Below, in pieces: positions 38,301 through 49,588 of a stretch of DNA of 64,000 nt; the stretch's first letter is position 1, and each line of letters begins with the position of its first letter. Both the position numbers and the translations under genes were made by a program. The notes under the pieces are model-generated. The model did not search any database. It was given only the letters and a program-made list of their open reading frames with translations, and was not told the DNA's origin. The stretch spans positions 62,001 to 126,000 of IMG/VR virus record IMGVR_UViG_3300042868_009074; one strand, written 5' to 3'.

Positions 38301-40983
38301 CTCTTATAACTTCATTATCGTCTACATCTACAGATGAATAACCTTCTGTTGGATAAGCGGTTTCACCCGGTACTGGCACTATTGCAACTGGGTTGGTGGT
38401 TGTTTTCTTGGAATATTGAGCGATTCCAGTTCCTGTAACATTTGCTTGCCAATTTACGTTAAAACCTAATGAGCTTTCAGTTGAACTTATGTAAGAGCTG
38501 TATGTGCTTAGGTTAAATGGATAACTTCTAAATGATGAAGACGTTAAAGATTGAGTAAATCTTTCTTGCATTAAAGAATTGCTGTATTGGATTGGTTTTT
38601 CTTTAATTATGTGAGGACCAAATCCACCTGGTATGGTGAATGGCAAAGAGCTTGATTCTGTGTAGGCAAATAAGTGAGAAGAGTATTGAGTCGGCTGTAT
38701 TCTAAATATCTTGTAAGAACTAGGAATATCGTTAACATCACCGGTTAATTCATTGTTTAATATTGGATTATTATTTGCAAATAAAACATTTTGATTAGTA
38801 ACTTCAACATATAGCTCTATTTTTGATAAGTCTATGTCTTGAAGAAGAATGCTATATTGATCAGGTATTGAGTCATAACAAATTCTCTTATAATAATCTA
38901 TTATTGAACCATAACTAGAAGTTAAATTTCTACAATATTTTCTTACACTAGGATAATTAAGGTCAGTCATTAAAGTGTAATCAGGTTTTTCTTGATCTAT
39001 TAATACAGAACCATTGACTACATAGGATGAATTCCAATTTCCTGTTATATAATACTTAGAAGAACGTATATCTAGAGTTCTTGAAGATTGTATCTTAGAC
39101 AGAGTAGCCACAGATACTGCATTATAGATAATCTTCATTGGACCTTCTATAGCTGCAGTAGGGTTGACTGTAGTCTCGGTAATAGAAGTGGATCCGGAGT
39201 TAGATGTACTTGTGTCATATAAACCAGCAGAAGTGTAAATGTTATTGCAATACTGCATTATTGGAGTTGTTGTCACTAATAGGTTACCCCTGACAAGGGC
39301 ATCGGCTGTTGGTCTATGTTCAGCTGTTACAAACATCGGCTTTGGAGAAGTTGCAGAAGTTACTTCTTTCATCAGTATATTAGAAGTAGTGATATCGGAA
39401 GAGGTAAAATGCCTGTACTGTTTTGGTGATAGTGAAGCAGCGTCTATGCTACTTCCATAAATTCCATAAACAACTGTACTGCCTATTTTTTCAAATATGC
39501 TATCGTTTATTGGCCAAGCGTTTGTTTTCGATTCATCTATAAACATATTGGTAGTATTGTATTGCCAGCTACTAAGAGCTGTTGTAGTGGAACTTATAGA
39601 AAGATAGGGGTAGACTGTAGTTGCTGCATTTGTTGGAAGGCTACTTGACGACAAGTCTAGTACTACAGTACCGTGTTTTGATTCAATAAAGTTTTTAATC
39701 TTTATTCCCTGAGGAGAAGATATCGCTGACGTTGGCGACCAAGCTACTATATCATAAGCATTTAAGTCGGTAACTTCATCTATATTTACTAACCAGTACT
39801 CAGCTTGTGATTTAGTGAATGCAGTTGATGCTAAAGGATTTGTGTAAGTATAAGAAGCCAAGTTAAAACTAGATTTTGCTAATCTAAAAAATATGTATGG
39901 ATTTAATCCGCTATATGTAGAGGAATTTCTAGCATTACTTAAGTCTGCAGAAGTGCACAAGACTGCACAATTTATTTGTCTATCTGTTAAGTTGCCTGCG
40001 GTATCTAATTCTCTTCCATAGTTTACGGAAGAAGTATTGGTATTTGAGTTTACCTTTGCTATTAATCTCCAGTTAAAAGTTTCATATGTCCTATTATCGG
40101 ACAATGCTTTTTTTGGAACAAATACTTGGAATCCATCATTTGCAGTATTGTCAGATACTACTGCATTTGCAGTGCTAACGGAAGGTTTTTTAGCAAATAT
40201 TTTCTTATACCTAGAAGTTGGATCAGCAACTATTGATTCTTCGCTAATTTTATTAAATAAAGAAACTTGATTAATACTTTCTATGTCTTTTAATTTAACT
40301 GAAGAAATAATATTTCCACCATATATTGTAACTTTATCGTATACTAAAGAAAGACCAATTGGATTAGTATCCTTTATAAGGACTATTACTGAATATGGTG
40401 TTGCAGTTCCCCTCTTTATGGAAGATACTCCAATTGGCTGTAGAAGTATTCTGTATTTTTTTATGCCAGTGTTTTTGTCTACGTATTCATCACCATTTTG
40501 ATCTATGACTTTTATTGATTTTGGAAGTTGACTTTCTTCTATAAAATCTGATAAATCATCACTAAAATATAAATGATTTTCAAGTAATGTATAACCTTTA
40601 GATACATAATATGAATGACAAAATGTCTTATCGTTTAGCTGAGCAGCGGAATACTCCATGTCAATATTTCTATCTGACAAAAATATATCACTTATACTTA
40701 TTTCATCAGAGTTAAATACTGTATTTCCAGATAAATCCTCTAATATACCTAGCTCATTTGCAAAGAAAAGTTTTGCACCAGCGCCCTGAGATTGTAGCAA
40801 ATCTGGATTTGAGTTTTCTGGTATAGTTGAAGAAACGTCTGTTATGACTATTGAACTAGATGGTGTTATTTCTTTAGACGAAAACCATTTAAGACCTAGA
40901 CTAGAATCATCTTTAGGAAGGTTTGATATTTTTTTTACGCTAAATTCATTACCATTTTTTGTTTTATCAACAAATTTTTTCAT
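35341..40983 (-). CDS. Large tail/baseplate-associated protein with peptidoglycan-binding domain
   Basis: 1880 aa; VKYIQYTL..IDGAFGAQTK..FQK..GGVDSET PG-binding-1-like motif; C-terminal DMRIRGGG..WDI. Confidence 0.7.
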   Translation of the reverse strand: MKKFVDKTKNGNEFSVKKISNLPKDDSSLGLKWFSSKEITPSSSIVITDVSSTIPENSNPDLLQSQGAGAKLFFANELGILEDLSGNTVFNSDEISISDIFLSDRNIDMEYSAAQLNDKTFCHSYYVSKGYTLLENHLYFSDDLSDFIEESQLPKSIKVIDQNGDEYVDKNTGIKKYRILLQPIGVSSIKRGTATPYSVIVLIKDTNPIGLSLVYDKVTIYGGNIISSVKLKDIESINQVSLFNKISEESIVADPTSRYKKIFAKKPSVSTANAVVSDNTANDGFQVFVPKKALSDNRTYETFNWRLIAKVNSNTNTSSVNYGRELDTAGNLTDRQINCAVLCTSADLSNARNSSTYSGLNPYIFFRLAKSSFNLASYTYTNPLASTAFTKSQAEYWLVNIDEVTDLNAYDIVAWSPTSAISSPQGIKIKNFIESKHGTVVLDLSSSSLPTNAATTVYPYLSISSTTTALSSWQYNTTNMFIDESKTNAWPINDSIFEKIGSTVVYGIYGSSIDAASLSPKQYRHFTSSDITTSNILMKEVTSATSPKPMFVTAEHRPTADALVRGNLLVTTTPIMQYCNNIYTSAGLYDTSTSNSGSTSITETTVNPTAAIEGPMKIIYNAVSVATLSKIQSSRTLDIRSSKYYITGNWNSSYVVNGSVLIDQEKPDYTLMTDLNYPSVRKYCRNLTSSYGSIIDYYKRICYDSIPDQYSILLQDIDLSKIELYVEVTNQNVLFANNNPILNNELTGDVNDIPSSYKIFRIQPTQYSSHLFAYTESSSLPFTIPGGFGPHIIKEKPIQYSNSLMQERFTQSLTSSSFRSYPFNLSTYSSYISSTESSLGFNVNWQANVTGTGIAQYSKKTTTNPVAIVPVPGETAYPTEGYSSVDVDDNEVIRDLPSEQRISTPKNNFFYSGDININKYFLQYGTDPEDRKSGEYVKYIQYTLAYSGIASIKGIKIDGAFGAQTKSFMSIFQKQKDEIYTEGGVDSETKSYLIRVWKDLYKNNRKAFDAAVAKIRKQDPEVIKYIAEHHNPEISELSDSDKSYRRISFSGSRKDGPKGTIRDTIYVRIPKKYNTEASSTTLNAKLTSIRITPGDFDGASSYQGIKIISIKAYKAKSNGKPNGSQFSLIKKDTLFFKDSKEFPVNRLDSSYVWVGITLEGRSLGGIFGTKAEGYSVDNISFGISYDQAPAVTPAAVETLLPTFTKPFSVSFKISGTKNDVNVNSPKTIDLTGRKVTDSPYTVSNILLTYTNDADQIVSDATLTTIDFNSTKSLAYHSVNGTNTYDTNVTLNYRDLVFTVSNPVVTAVTSSSGSIGSTSNISAVVTANNLTLSTSALNYQNGIYQNSIPAPVSSYWMLKQDGSLIKNSKNTITVLDGLLLLCQPSEAPGIVGKPIGVLPAPVSLTPSVNQEINIDYGSLILSNSIADTSGYIYGYYDNLRKEFLGSVLTYLEYQNRGPNNIYIGVLATDADGNMGTSVDFIGQRTATTINPVSIPMKAAYPVYSVVYKNSTKIRVNSIERKTSKFNQWPLYISSGSFIKDFYIDPSYGWTDILKNYKKQTLRATYSTLSMKNIPWSKFLGRPYIDVVEEVPNIISSRKIQLSSTPIASINEPSYNNVGYIKSIIKVKVKDSISDSDWKIIPNSSIKNIDCNTGIIDFYDTIVPSNPLLICVDYTVVSNGIPLKQINGNPIPINPFLNKDIIESDKALYIYIKPVKIEYRTSNTSSYTWRLFENYNYDTPINFTYDNSIFDPYDSVNFDPFALPIAVIHVMNNFKAKDITLQDMRIRGGGVKSSDSTSNGVYGDLGINKLLSDIKESLSFWDIYPPLQHSYPKGGFVIIRLPKEVINNFENPEEIYSIIERNLTAGVAYKLQDMDGVDWGKA

Positions 40984-43900
40984 TATTCTTCCTCATAATC
41001 CTTGATTAAAGAATCGTAATTTTCTATATAGTAAGGAGTGCTACCAAGCATTCCGGACTGATATTGCTCATATCTACTTACGGTAAACCACTTAGGTGGA
41101 GTCCATCTAAGCGTTGTATTTTGGACATCAACTTGATCTCTATTTGCATAATTTATTTTAAAGTTAGGAGTAGCATAAAGATCCCACGATTTACTAACAT
41201 CATAATTAATTATTTCGTTTATTCCTACGTTTGAATTAAAGTTATAATTAATTGCATCGTAATCTTCTAGCCAATAGACTATATCTCCTTCTATAGTAGA
41301 GGGTGTTACTGAAGGATTGGAAGAAAAATCTGACTCTACAGCAACGAACCAGTAACCGGGATCTGTTCTTGAGGTGGATACTATAGGCCCTATCGAGAAT
41401 CTTCCTTGAGAATCAGAATATACAATTCCTGAAAAACGATTATTTGATGGTGCTAATTCAGATGTTGAATATGATACTTCTGTAAATAATTGATAGTTTG
41501 TTCTTGATTTTCTCCAGTATATTACAGATCCTGAGACTGGAACACCATTATCCATTATTAAGCCATTTATGAAAATACTAGATACACCATCTGATTTAAT
41601 AATTTTATTTGATACTTCAGATTTTATTGATTTTCCTGAATTAACAGTTTCAGGAAGTATTTCAATTAAGATATTTTTTGAATAGCCTGTTTTTGAAATT
41701 GTAATAGATCCATAAGTTTCTACTGATACAGCTTGAGTTGAAGTTGCCCTAAAATGTGCGTAACCCTCTTCGTCTGTGGTAACTGTTGATACAGAAGGTG
41801 TTATCTTAGATCCCGAAATATTTAATACCTGATATGGTTTAGGATTTCCGTTAACATCTAAGGAAACAATTGATATGTCTACATAATCTTTTCCGTCATT
41901 AATTACATATTTAGGAGAAACATTAATCTGTAATGAGTTAAAATCGTACTCTTCTGTTACCACTGCAATATATCCATCATCAAGCCACGAAGTTAATGGA
42001 TTTAGATCTATGGAAACAGGTGTTGCCATTTCATAATCAGAAGTTTCATATGTAACATTATAAGAATAGTTATAGTTTGGTGTAGCATCAAAATATACGG
42101 ATGTAACGTAATTATTATTTACTAGCTCTGTGTCTATATAATAAGAATCATGAACCCTATATCCCAATAAGTATTCTCTCTGAGGATTCAACATTATTCC
42201 ACTAGGCGGAGTTGCCATATTGGGAGTAGCAGATAGGTTAGTTGCAACTAACTCACCGGTACTGAGATCCTTTATCGTTAAATTGTATGTGTTTTTATAA
42301 CCTAAATAGAAAGAATTATCCATTTTTGGTTTTAAAATTTCTGTATTATAGAAAGAAAAACTGCCGGGTGTAGCTGTGTCAGAAAATGCTATTTCCTGGT
42401 AAGAACTAACCGGTGTTGAGTGATTATCTATTACTTCAACTATAATTGGAGCACCGTGTGTAGGATTAGACTTCAAGGAAAGTTTATGTAATTTTCCGGT
42501 AAAAGTTTCCTTTACTGGCTTTGCGTATATATACTGTTCTTCTTTGTCAACTGAGATCCAACCTGTTTTTAGCTTAGCATCTATTTTATCGCTAAATAGT
42601 TTTCCTCTAATATTAATGTTAGTAAATGTGGTTGTACCTTTTACCGGATCATAAGTTTCAACGATTGAATCAAGTGGATACTCTATAATTTCGACATGAT
42701 CTAATTGATTGTTTATTGCGTCAGAAATTGAATTTTCTAATACATATGTTCTATTTAAAAATGGTTTTACAACTTTTTGATCTGACCATACAGAAACGTT
42801 TACATCATATGGATCAATTACCTTAATGTTTTCAAAGAAATAATCAAATTTATTTTCATTTGTTAATCCAAATGTGCTAAAAAATGTTTCTCTAGTTATA
42901 GTTGGAAGATCTACAATGTTATTATTTAATCCAGGTATTCTTTCGCCGTTTTCAATACTGTATCTTATGATTCCATTTTCGTCTACTACGCTATTTGTAA
43001 TAGGAGTTGAATATTGCTCAAAAGGATCCCATTCAATTGCGGTAAATGGATACTTTGAACTATCAGCAGTTTTTATGATTATACTATCAGGTGTTGCGGA
43101 AACTGGATATTCTAGTTTTCCAAAATAATAATTAGCGGTTGCTCCAGAATTAGTAGACCCAATGTATCCAAAATTGTTAGTTGCTTGAGAACCTCTGTAT
43201 ACAGAAGCTATTATATTTGGAGAAGCTGGAATAAATACATCTCTATCTATTTCATTATAGTGTGAAACTCCACCATAGATAGATATTGTGTCTTCTTCTA
43301 GCTGACCAGGTGAATCATAAGCGGTATAAGGAATCAGCGTTTCTATGTGAACGGAAACAGGAGTTGCACCTGGTGGGTATATTATGGATGATTTTATTTG
43401 GGAAAGAGGTAGAGAAACACTTGGTGTAGAAGAAGTTGGTGAATCATTTATTGTTAAACTATTCTTGGTGCGAATTGTTTCAAATGTTGATACTTTTTGG
43501 TTATAAAGATTTGATACTATTTTTACACTTGTATTCATATCAAAGTTGGGAGTACTTGCATTTATTTCAGATGTAGAAGATTTTAAAATAATATTAGGTT
43601 TGTGTGAAAACATAGCACTAAAAGAATCAGAGTTTGGAGTAGCATATGTTGTTCCATTCCATAAGCCATTCTTTAGTTTTATATTTTTTATTTTATTATA
43701 AGGTATTTTAGAAGAGGTATAAGCACCGTTAAAGCTGAGCACTAATGGCTGAAGTGAACTCTTTCTCTTTAAGTTTAAGTCAGTGTCAGTAAAACCTTCT
43801 GTATCAAATATTTTGACTTCATGGAATTCTGGGCTAGCAGAACTAGTTGGTGAAAATTGATTTTTTACATATCTTATTATAGTTGTATATATATCAGTGT

Positions 43901-45744
43901 CAGTAGTAACGTTTCCGTATGGAACTAATGTTCCTTCTAGAGTTAAATTAACAGTAGCTAAATTATTATCATAAATAACTTGATTATATTTTGAATAATA
44001 TTCATAATCTACCTTAACGGGAGAATAATCTAAGCTGGTTCCAACTTTTTTCTTTCCTGTTGCTACAAGTATTGTTTGAAATGCTACCGGAGTAGCTGAA
44101 TTGTCTAATACTATTACTTCTGCGTCTGATAGATCTCCTACACCTGGCTGATAATGTATTCCTGTAAAATCATTATTATCATCATAATACCTGGAAGTTA
44201 TTCTATCTACGCCTTCTTGATATTGTCCAGAAGCATCCCATACTGCTTCATTGAATTTAAAGTATCCCCAATGAGTTGGATATTTTTCATTTAAGTTTCT
44301 TACTAAATCTATAAATTTTTGTTTTGGATTACCATCTGCGTAAAAGAACTCTAATGAGCTTTCTATGTCAGTCATTTCCAATACTGTAGGAGTTGCATAC
44401 TCTGCATTGTGATCTGGTGTTGCTCCAAATGCGGTCCAAAGATCGAGTTCTCTTCTTAGTGTTTTTTTAAAACCAGATATATTAGAAGATATTGGATTTT
44501 TAAAAACATCTAATATTCTAAATTTAAAAGAAGAGTTACTCTCTAGGTAGAGTCTATTTAGACCCACTCTAGCACCGTATTCATCAAACCAGTTGAACCT
44601 TTGCATTGCAGCTTGTGCTAAAACAGTTGAACCAGAATTGACACTGTAGGCTACTATGTCATTAAACTTTTGAATAGTTATAATTTGCCTGTTAATAGGA
44701 TTGTGATAATACACGTAATCAGTATCTTTAGCTTCATAAAGATCCGATATCTCATCTACCTTAGTTAGTTCTACATCATCTCCGTATATCTTATTGAAGG
44801 TGTTTGGAACGTTTAATGAAGAGTACATCCAAGCTATCTGATCAAGATCTGCAGTACCAATAAATCTATTTATATTATGTATATCTATCTCAGTGTCAAA
44901 AGAGTCTAAGTTATCCATCAATACTGAGTTGATGAATTTTCCACCAGTACTTTTTGGAATAAATTGATTTTGATCTACCTGATCTTCTGCATCGGAATAT
45001 AACTTTGTCCATGATGGAAATTTCTTTAATATATTCTTAGAAGAATTTGATAAAACGGGACTAATAGGGTCTGCTATTGCTATTTCTATTAGTAATATAA
45101 AATCTAATATAGAAAGATCTACTACCTCGGTATCAAGAATTACTTCAAACTTTGCGTATCTTTTTGCGTCTCTTGCTAATAGTATTGAGCCTAAAGAACT
45201 TGAAGTGGTTGTTGTAGAAAGAAGCCACGGTCCGCTCTAATGAGTCAGATTCGTATACGTTAAGACTATAGAAAACTTGTTCTAATCCACCGTATCTATT
45301 GGTAAATGCCCCTTTAAATGATCTAATATCGACTCTTGAAGTAGTGTCAACGAATCTAAGAATATCCGGCGTTGCAATATCTGAGACAATCTCTCCATAG
45401 TTTGTCTGATAAACCGAGTTTGCTACTGTTGGTGTAGCTAAATCATAATTAGAAAAATCTGGGTCAGTATAGACCAAGAAAGTAGGACTTGCTTCTGGTG
45501 AATCGTTTAGATACAAATAGCTAGGGCTTGAATACTCTGTGCTGTTGATGTAAAAGAATACGTCACCTGTTTTTTCTGTACCAACAAACTTATAGTCTCC
45601 TAATACATTAAGACCAGTTATAGATCTTTTATTGGAAAAGTTTGTATAGTAGTTGTTGGCATAGAGGTCTATTACTTGAGTAGTCCATACTTTTTCATTC
45701 TTGCTAAAGTCATAAGCGTTAAAGCTTAATAGAAAACTCTTCAT
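40983..45744 (-). CDS. Large baseplate wedge/tail protein, 1586 aa, needs +1 recoding at CGGA 45231-45234
   Basis: ...ESDSLE-G-PWLLS...KKFPSWTKLY... open into the 1312-aa ORF; FDEYGARVGLNRL..E.N..FK.RI baseplate-like motif; Ig-like segments; follows baseplate J. Confidence 0.8.
41025..41034 (-). promoter_or_regulatory. Putative late-promoter motif TTACTATATA
   Basis: Third copy, inside the 3' end of the upstream CDS, 42 nt before ATG 40983. Confidence 0.4.
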
Positions 45745-45755
45745 TTATAATGCCC

Positions 45756-46943
45756 TTAAATTGAGTCTAGCCAAATACTGTATTCACAAGTGAGTCCATT
45801 TTCTGGGTGTACATACATAAGTTGCTGAGAAGGCCTACTCATTGAAGAGAAAAACTCTTGTGCGTAGGTATTGTAGCTCTCTGGTGAACCAGATATTCTC
45901 AATGTTGCGCTTCCTATTGTCATCTTGAAAGATTGGTGATAGTGACCCATGAAAACATCATCAAAATGCTCCGGAATTGCACCGTCTTTCCAGCCCATTA
46001 TCTTTTTATAGTAACCATGAAAGGCATTGGGTGAAGGTAATTGATCGCCATGAATTAAAAGGCTGCTATAGCTTCCTATGCTGTCTACGGCATACCAGTG
46101 TCTTTCGCCTTTTCCATCTGGAATATTGAAAGTAATTCTAGGCTCGTCTTTAAATATTAGTCTAAGAATCTGATAAAGAAGTCGATCCATATTAGTCTCT
46201 GGGTCATGCTGCTTTCTTCCTCGGCCACCTACGGCACCATGGTTGCCTATGACTCCAGTAACATGAACGTGCTCAAAATTTTCTAAAGCAGTTTTTAGGA
46301 ACTTGGTTAATATCTCTGGTCCGTTAACGCCTACTTGACGATATAACCCTGAGTCGATTAGATGAGCTTGTCCAGGAAAGATTTCCTCTCCCTCTACAAT
46401 ATCACCTAACATCCAAACATGGAGATCATTTACTGGGTGATGCTTTCTTTGTATCTCAGTAATCTCAAGAAGCTTTTCAGTATATAGTTCTATTCTTTCA
46501 GCAGCTACATTAGAGTTATAGTCAGGAGTAACTTTTCCTAATTGCCAGTCTGCGAATACAGCTACCGCTGTCTCTGGAACTCCTGGTGCAGATTTAATAA
46601 CTGGTTTTTTAGTTGCAGGGACATTGAACGTAGTAAAAGCATCGTATGCTGCTTCATAGATGGCCACTACTGCCTCATCTTTAACGTTCTTATACTTGTC
46701 TGCTAATCTAGCTAATCTTCTGTTCTCTGATCTTAAAAAATCGCTTTTTCCCTCTTCCATATCAGATATAGGAGAAATTATATCTTCTACTACTTCTTTT
46801 TGATCAGTGATATTGGAATCTATTTCTTCTAGTAAAACTTCGCCAGGAAAATCGTCATACCCCTCAGCAAGGTTTCTTGCATGAGTCATGTTGGCAGCCT
46901 TGACGATCTGCTTACGTATTACTGTGTAGAATTTTTCTGACAT
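45756..46943 (-). CDS. Calcineurin-like metallophosphoesterase
   Basis: ADWQLG, LGDIVEG, GNHG, HGD and GHYH motifs. Confidence 0.85.
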   Translation of the reverse strand: MSEKFYTVIRKQIVKAANMTHARNLAEGYDDFPGEVLLEEIDSNITDQKEVVEDIISPISDMEEGKSDFLRSENRRLARLADKYKNVKDEAVVAIYEAAYDAFTTFNVPATKKPVIKSAPGVPETAVAVFADWQLGKVTPDYNSNVAAERIELYTEKLLEITEIQRKHHPVNDLHVWMLGDIVEGEEIFPGQAHLIDSGLYRQVGVNGPEILTKFLKTALENFEHVHVTGVIGNHGAVGGRGRKQHDPETNMDRLLYQILRLIFKDEPRITFNIPDGKGERHWYAVDSIGSYSSLLIHGDQLPSPNAFHGYYKKIMGWKDGAIPEHFDDVFMGHYHQSFKMTIGSATLRISGSPESYNTYAQEFFSSMSRPSQQLMYVHPENGLTCEYSIWLDSI

Positions 46944-46960
46944 TAAAAGCCTTCTTTTTA

Positions 46961-48130
46961 TTAGTAGCCTGAACTACCAATTATAACAGAATATACTCCT
47001 ACTGCGCCAGCTCCCATGTAACTTTTATCATCTGATAATCTATAGTTTACATTTGGTACACTTTTTTTATCTACTGATAAATTATTAACCGTAACACCAA
47101 CTATGAAGTCAGAAGCATATTTAGCTTGTGATTCCATCTCTTGAACCGAGATAGAACTACCAATTGTTAGAGAGTTTAAATATCTTATCAAAAATATTCT
47201 TGCTTGCATTTCAATTGCAGTAGCAGCCTGTGATGATGTGCCTTGCTTTAAAGTCAAGGTAACACTTACGTCTACTGACTTTTTGACAGCGACTCTAGTA
47301 TTAATTCTTATACCTAGTGGTTTTGCTCCACTGACTGCAGTGTAAACTATTTCTGGAATGTTACCTAAAGACGAAGGACTCTCTGGGACTATTAGCAGGT
47401 CACAAGATCCAATCCCGTATGATCCTTCTTTAATCTTGACGTCTTTAACACCTTTAACTGATAAGGCTGCAAATCTTATAGACTCAGCAGTACCGGAACT
47501 ACTTCCTCTAATAGCTGAAACTATTCTTTTTCTATAGTTGTCATCGGCTTCTGCATTTATCGCAGCATAGACTTCCTTAGGGTTTGTACAAAATACTACG
47601 GCCCCTGGAGGTGCTATGAAGTTATGCTTTACTAACGTATCTCTAGCTGCGGTAATCCCAGTATTTTCATATTTGGCCTTTACCGCACCGTACACTGACG
47701 TGGCACCAGATTGTATGAGGACGCTGCCACTGAGTTCATAAGCGTATTGAATGTCATTAAAGTTATCTACGTTATTGTAAACCAACGTTCCAGAAGGAAT
47801 CGTTATATCACTAGAGTACGGTGAGGTCAAATAGAACTGTATATTGGAAGTTATCCTATCTGTGACCAACTCATCAGCTATGCTTCTTCTAGAGACGTTG
47901 TAGAGCTCTCCTATGGCATCTAGGTTCTTACCGGATGCTAGGGCTAGGCTGGATTGTTCTACGCTAATTTTAAAAGAACTATAAAGATCTGCTATTTCAG
48001 TAGTTATAGCTTCAGCAAAAGCTCTGGCTATTGAACCAGGAGATATTGAAGAAATACCAGCGTTTCTCTGCAAGGAGTCTAATGCGTTTATTAGCATCTG
48101 TTCTTTTGTTTTGGTATTCAGGATTGGCAT
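46961..48130 (-). CDS. Baseplate J-like wedge protein
   Basis: PGSIAR, ASGKNLDAIG, EADDNYRKRI, ALSVKGVKDV. Confidence 0.88.
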   Translation of the reverse strand: MPILNTKTKEQMLINALDSLQRNAGISSISPGSIARAFAEAITTEIADLYSSFKISVEQSSLALASGKNLDAIGELYNVSRRSIADELVTDRITSNIQFYLTSPYSSDITIPSGTLVYNNVDNFNDIQYAYELSGSVLIQSGATSVYGAVKAKYENTGITAARDTLVKHNFIAPPGAVVFCTNPKEVYAAINAEADDNYRKRIVSAIRGSSSGTAESIRFAALSVKGVKDVKIKEGSYGIGSCDLLIVPESPSSLGNIPEIVYTAVSGAKPLGIRINTRVAVKKSVDVSVTLTLKQGTSSQAATAIEMQARIFLIRYLNSLTIGSSISVQEMESQAKYASDFIVGVTVNNLSVDKKSVPNVNYRLSDDKSYMGAGAVGVYSVIIGSSGY

Positions 48131-48131
48131 T

Positions 48132-48512
48132 CTAGACTCCTAGGCTCTGTGTTATAGATAGTACAGTCTTTTGATTGAAATCTGAGACTATAAATACATC
48201 AAATCTTATTGAATCCGCTGAAGTCGGGACTGCCTCTATGGATATCTGTCTATTGCCAAAGATGTTTTCCCTCTCAAGGGCAGCTCTTATTAATCTCTTT
48301 CCAAAGTCTCCGGTCTCAGGAGTCTGAGGCATTCCGTACAACATCGATAGGTCGGTTCCTAAATTTGGGTAGATATAGAAGTCACCAGGTTCTGTCATTA
48401 ACCTTAAATAAACTTGCTGAATGTCCTTCTCGCCGGGACTTTGGGTCAAGGCTATATCTCCATTGCCAGTTATTCGTAGGTCCCCAGCTAAATCTATATA
48501 AAAATCAGACAC
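48132..48512 (-). CDS. Baseplate wedge subunit (gp25/GPW-like)
   Basis: GDLRI..NGDI, RLMTEPGD..YPNLGTDL; precedes baseplate J. Confidence 0.8.
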   Translation of the reverse strand: MSDFYIDLAGDLRITGNGDIALTQSPGEKDIQQVYLRLMTEPGDFYIYPNLGTDLSMLYGMPQTPETGDFGKRLIRAALERENIFGNRQISIEAVPTSADSIRFDVFIVSDFNQKTVLSITQSLGV

Positions 48513-49209
48513 TTTTATCCCTTATTGCTTTATCTTTAGATTGGTTAAAGGTATATCCACTTTGCATTAAATTTGTTATATAATCTATAAATTGATTATA
48601 TTTAATTTTTTGATTTTGATTTGAAGGAATGGATTCCCAAGAAGATTTAATTATACTAATTTGATCATCTGTAAAAAGTGATGATGATTCAGACTCCTGG
48701 CTAAAGCCATAGTTATCGGTTATGTCTTTATTGCTGTCTGCAAATTGATAATCACCATTAATAGTAATAGGAGATTCACTATCCTGAGGTTGTTTATCCT
48801 CTGCTATTATGCCGGAAAGGCTTTCTATCAAAAAGTCCATATTTGCAAATGCGGGATTATAATTATCTGAATTAGATTTTACTAAAGCTGGTTCCGCAAA
48901 AGAGTCAGCTGAATGGTTAAAGTCCATAGAGTTCCATTTCAAACCATCTTCTTTGGTGTGAAATCTAATATTGTCGGCAAATAAGGATATTGTTCTAGTT
49001 GCCCCACTAATTACAATCCCAACTCCAGGAACTGAAAATATCTCTATGTCACCAGCGTCGTTTAACCTAATAAAAGAAGAGTTGTCAGGATGAGTAAGGC
49101 CCACCTCTCTAGAGGAAAAGTTCTTTCTTCTCCCTATTTCTTGCATCTCTTTTGGGGCGTCTTTTGCCGTTGATTTATAGCTTTTTGAAAGTGGATCCTG
49201 TACGCTCAT
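48505..49209 (-). CDS. Putative baseplate spike-related protein
   Basis: Beta-rich GLTHPDNSSFIRLNDAGDIEIF segment; position in the baseplate cluster. Confidence 0.5.
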   Translation of the reverse strand: MSVQDPLSKSYKSTAKDAPKEMQEIGRRKNFSSREVGLTHPDNSSFIRLNDAGDIEIFSVPGVGIVISGATRTISLFADNIRFHTKEDGLKWNSMDFNHSADSFAEPALVKSNSDNYNPAFANMDFLIESLSGIIAEDKQPQDSESPITINGDYQFADSNKDITDNYGFSQESESSSLFTDDQISIIKSSWESIPSNQNQKIKYNQFIDYITNLMQSGYTFNQSKDKAIRDKSV

Positions 49210-49210
49210 G

Positions 49211-49576
49211 TTACACTAAAAAATTCGGTATTCCAGTATCAACGCCATAGTTGATTCTAGATTTGGCTTGAAAATTGATATCATTTATAAAAGATATGAT
49301 ATAAGGCCATCTTTCATTATCGTCTCTAAACCCTATTATACACCTTGAACCAGCTGTTGGTGCTACCGTTTGAACCCCTTGTATATCTGGACATGGGACG
49401 TTGTTCATTATCTCTCCCACTGCACCAGACATTTTATCTTCTAGTATTACAACTACTGTATTCGATTTTCTGTCAAAAGACATGACAACAGCAGGCCTAG
49501 GTTTTGTTTGCTGTATTCTAGCTGAGTCTAGGGAATCCGAAATCTTTTTATCAAATTTAGGATAAATGTTAGGCAT
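49211..49576 (-). CDS. Putative baseplate spike OB-fold protein (gp5/gpV N-terminal-like)
   Basis: AVVMSFD..NVP...P..GSRCIIGF pattern. Confidence 0.6.
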   Translation of the reverse strand: MPNIYPKFDKKISDSLDSARIQQTKPRPAVVMSFDRKSNTVVVILEDKMSGAVGEIMNNVPCPDIQGVQTVAPTAGSRCIIGFRDDNERWPYIISFINDINFQAKSRINYGVDTGIPNFLV

Positions 49577-49588
49577 TGTTTGCTCCTT

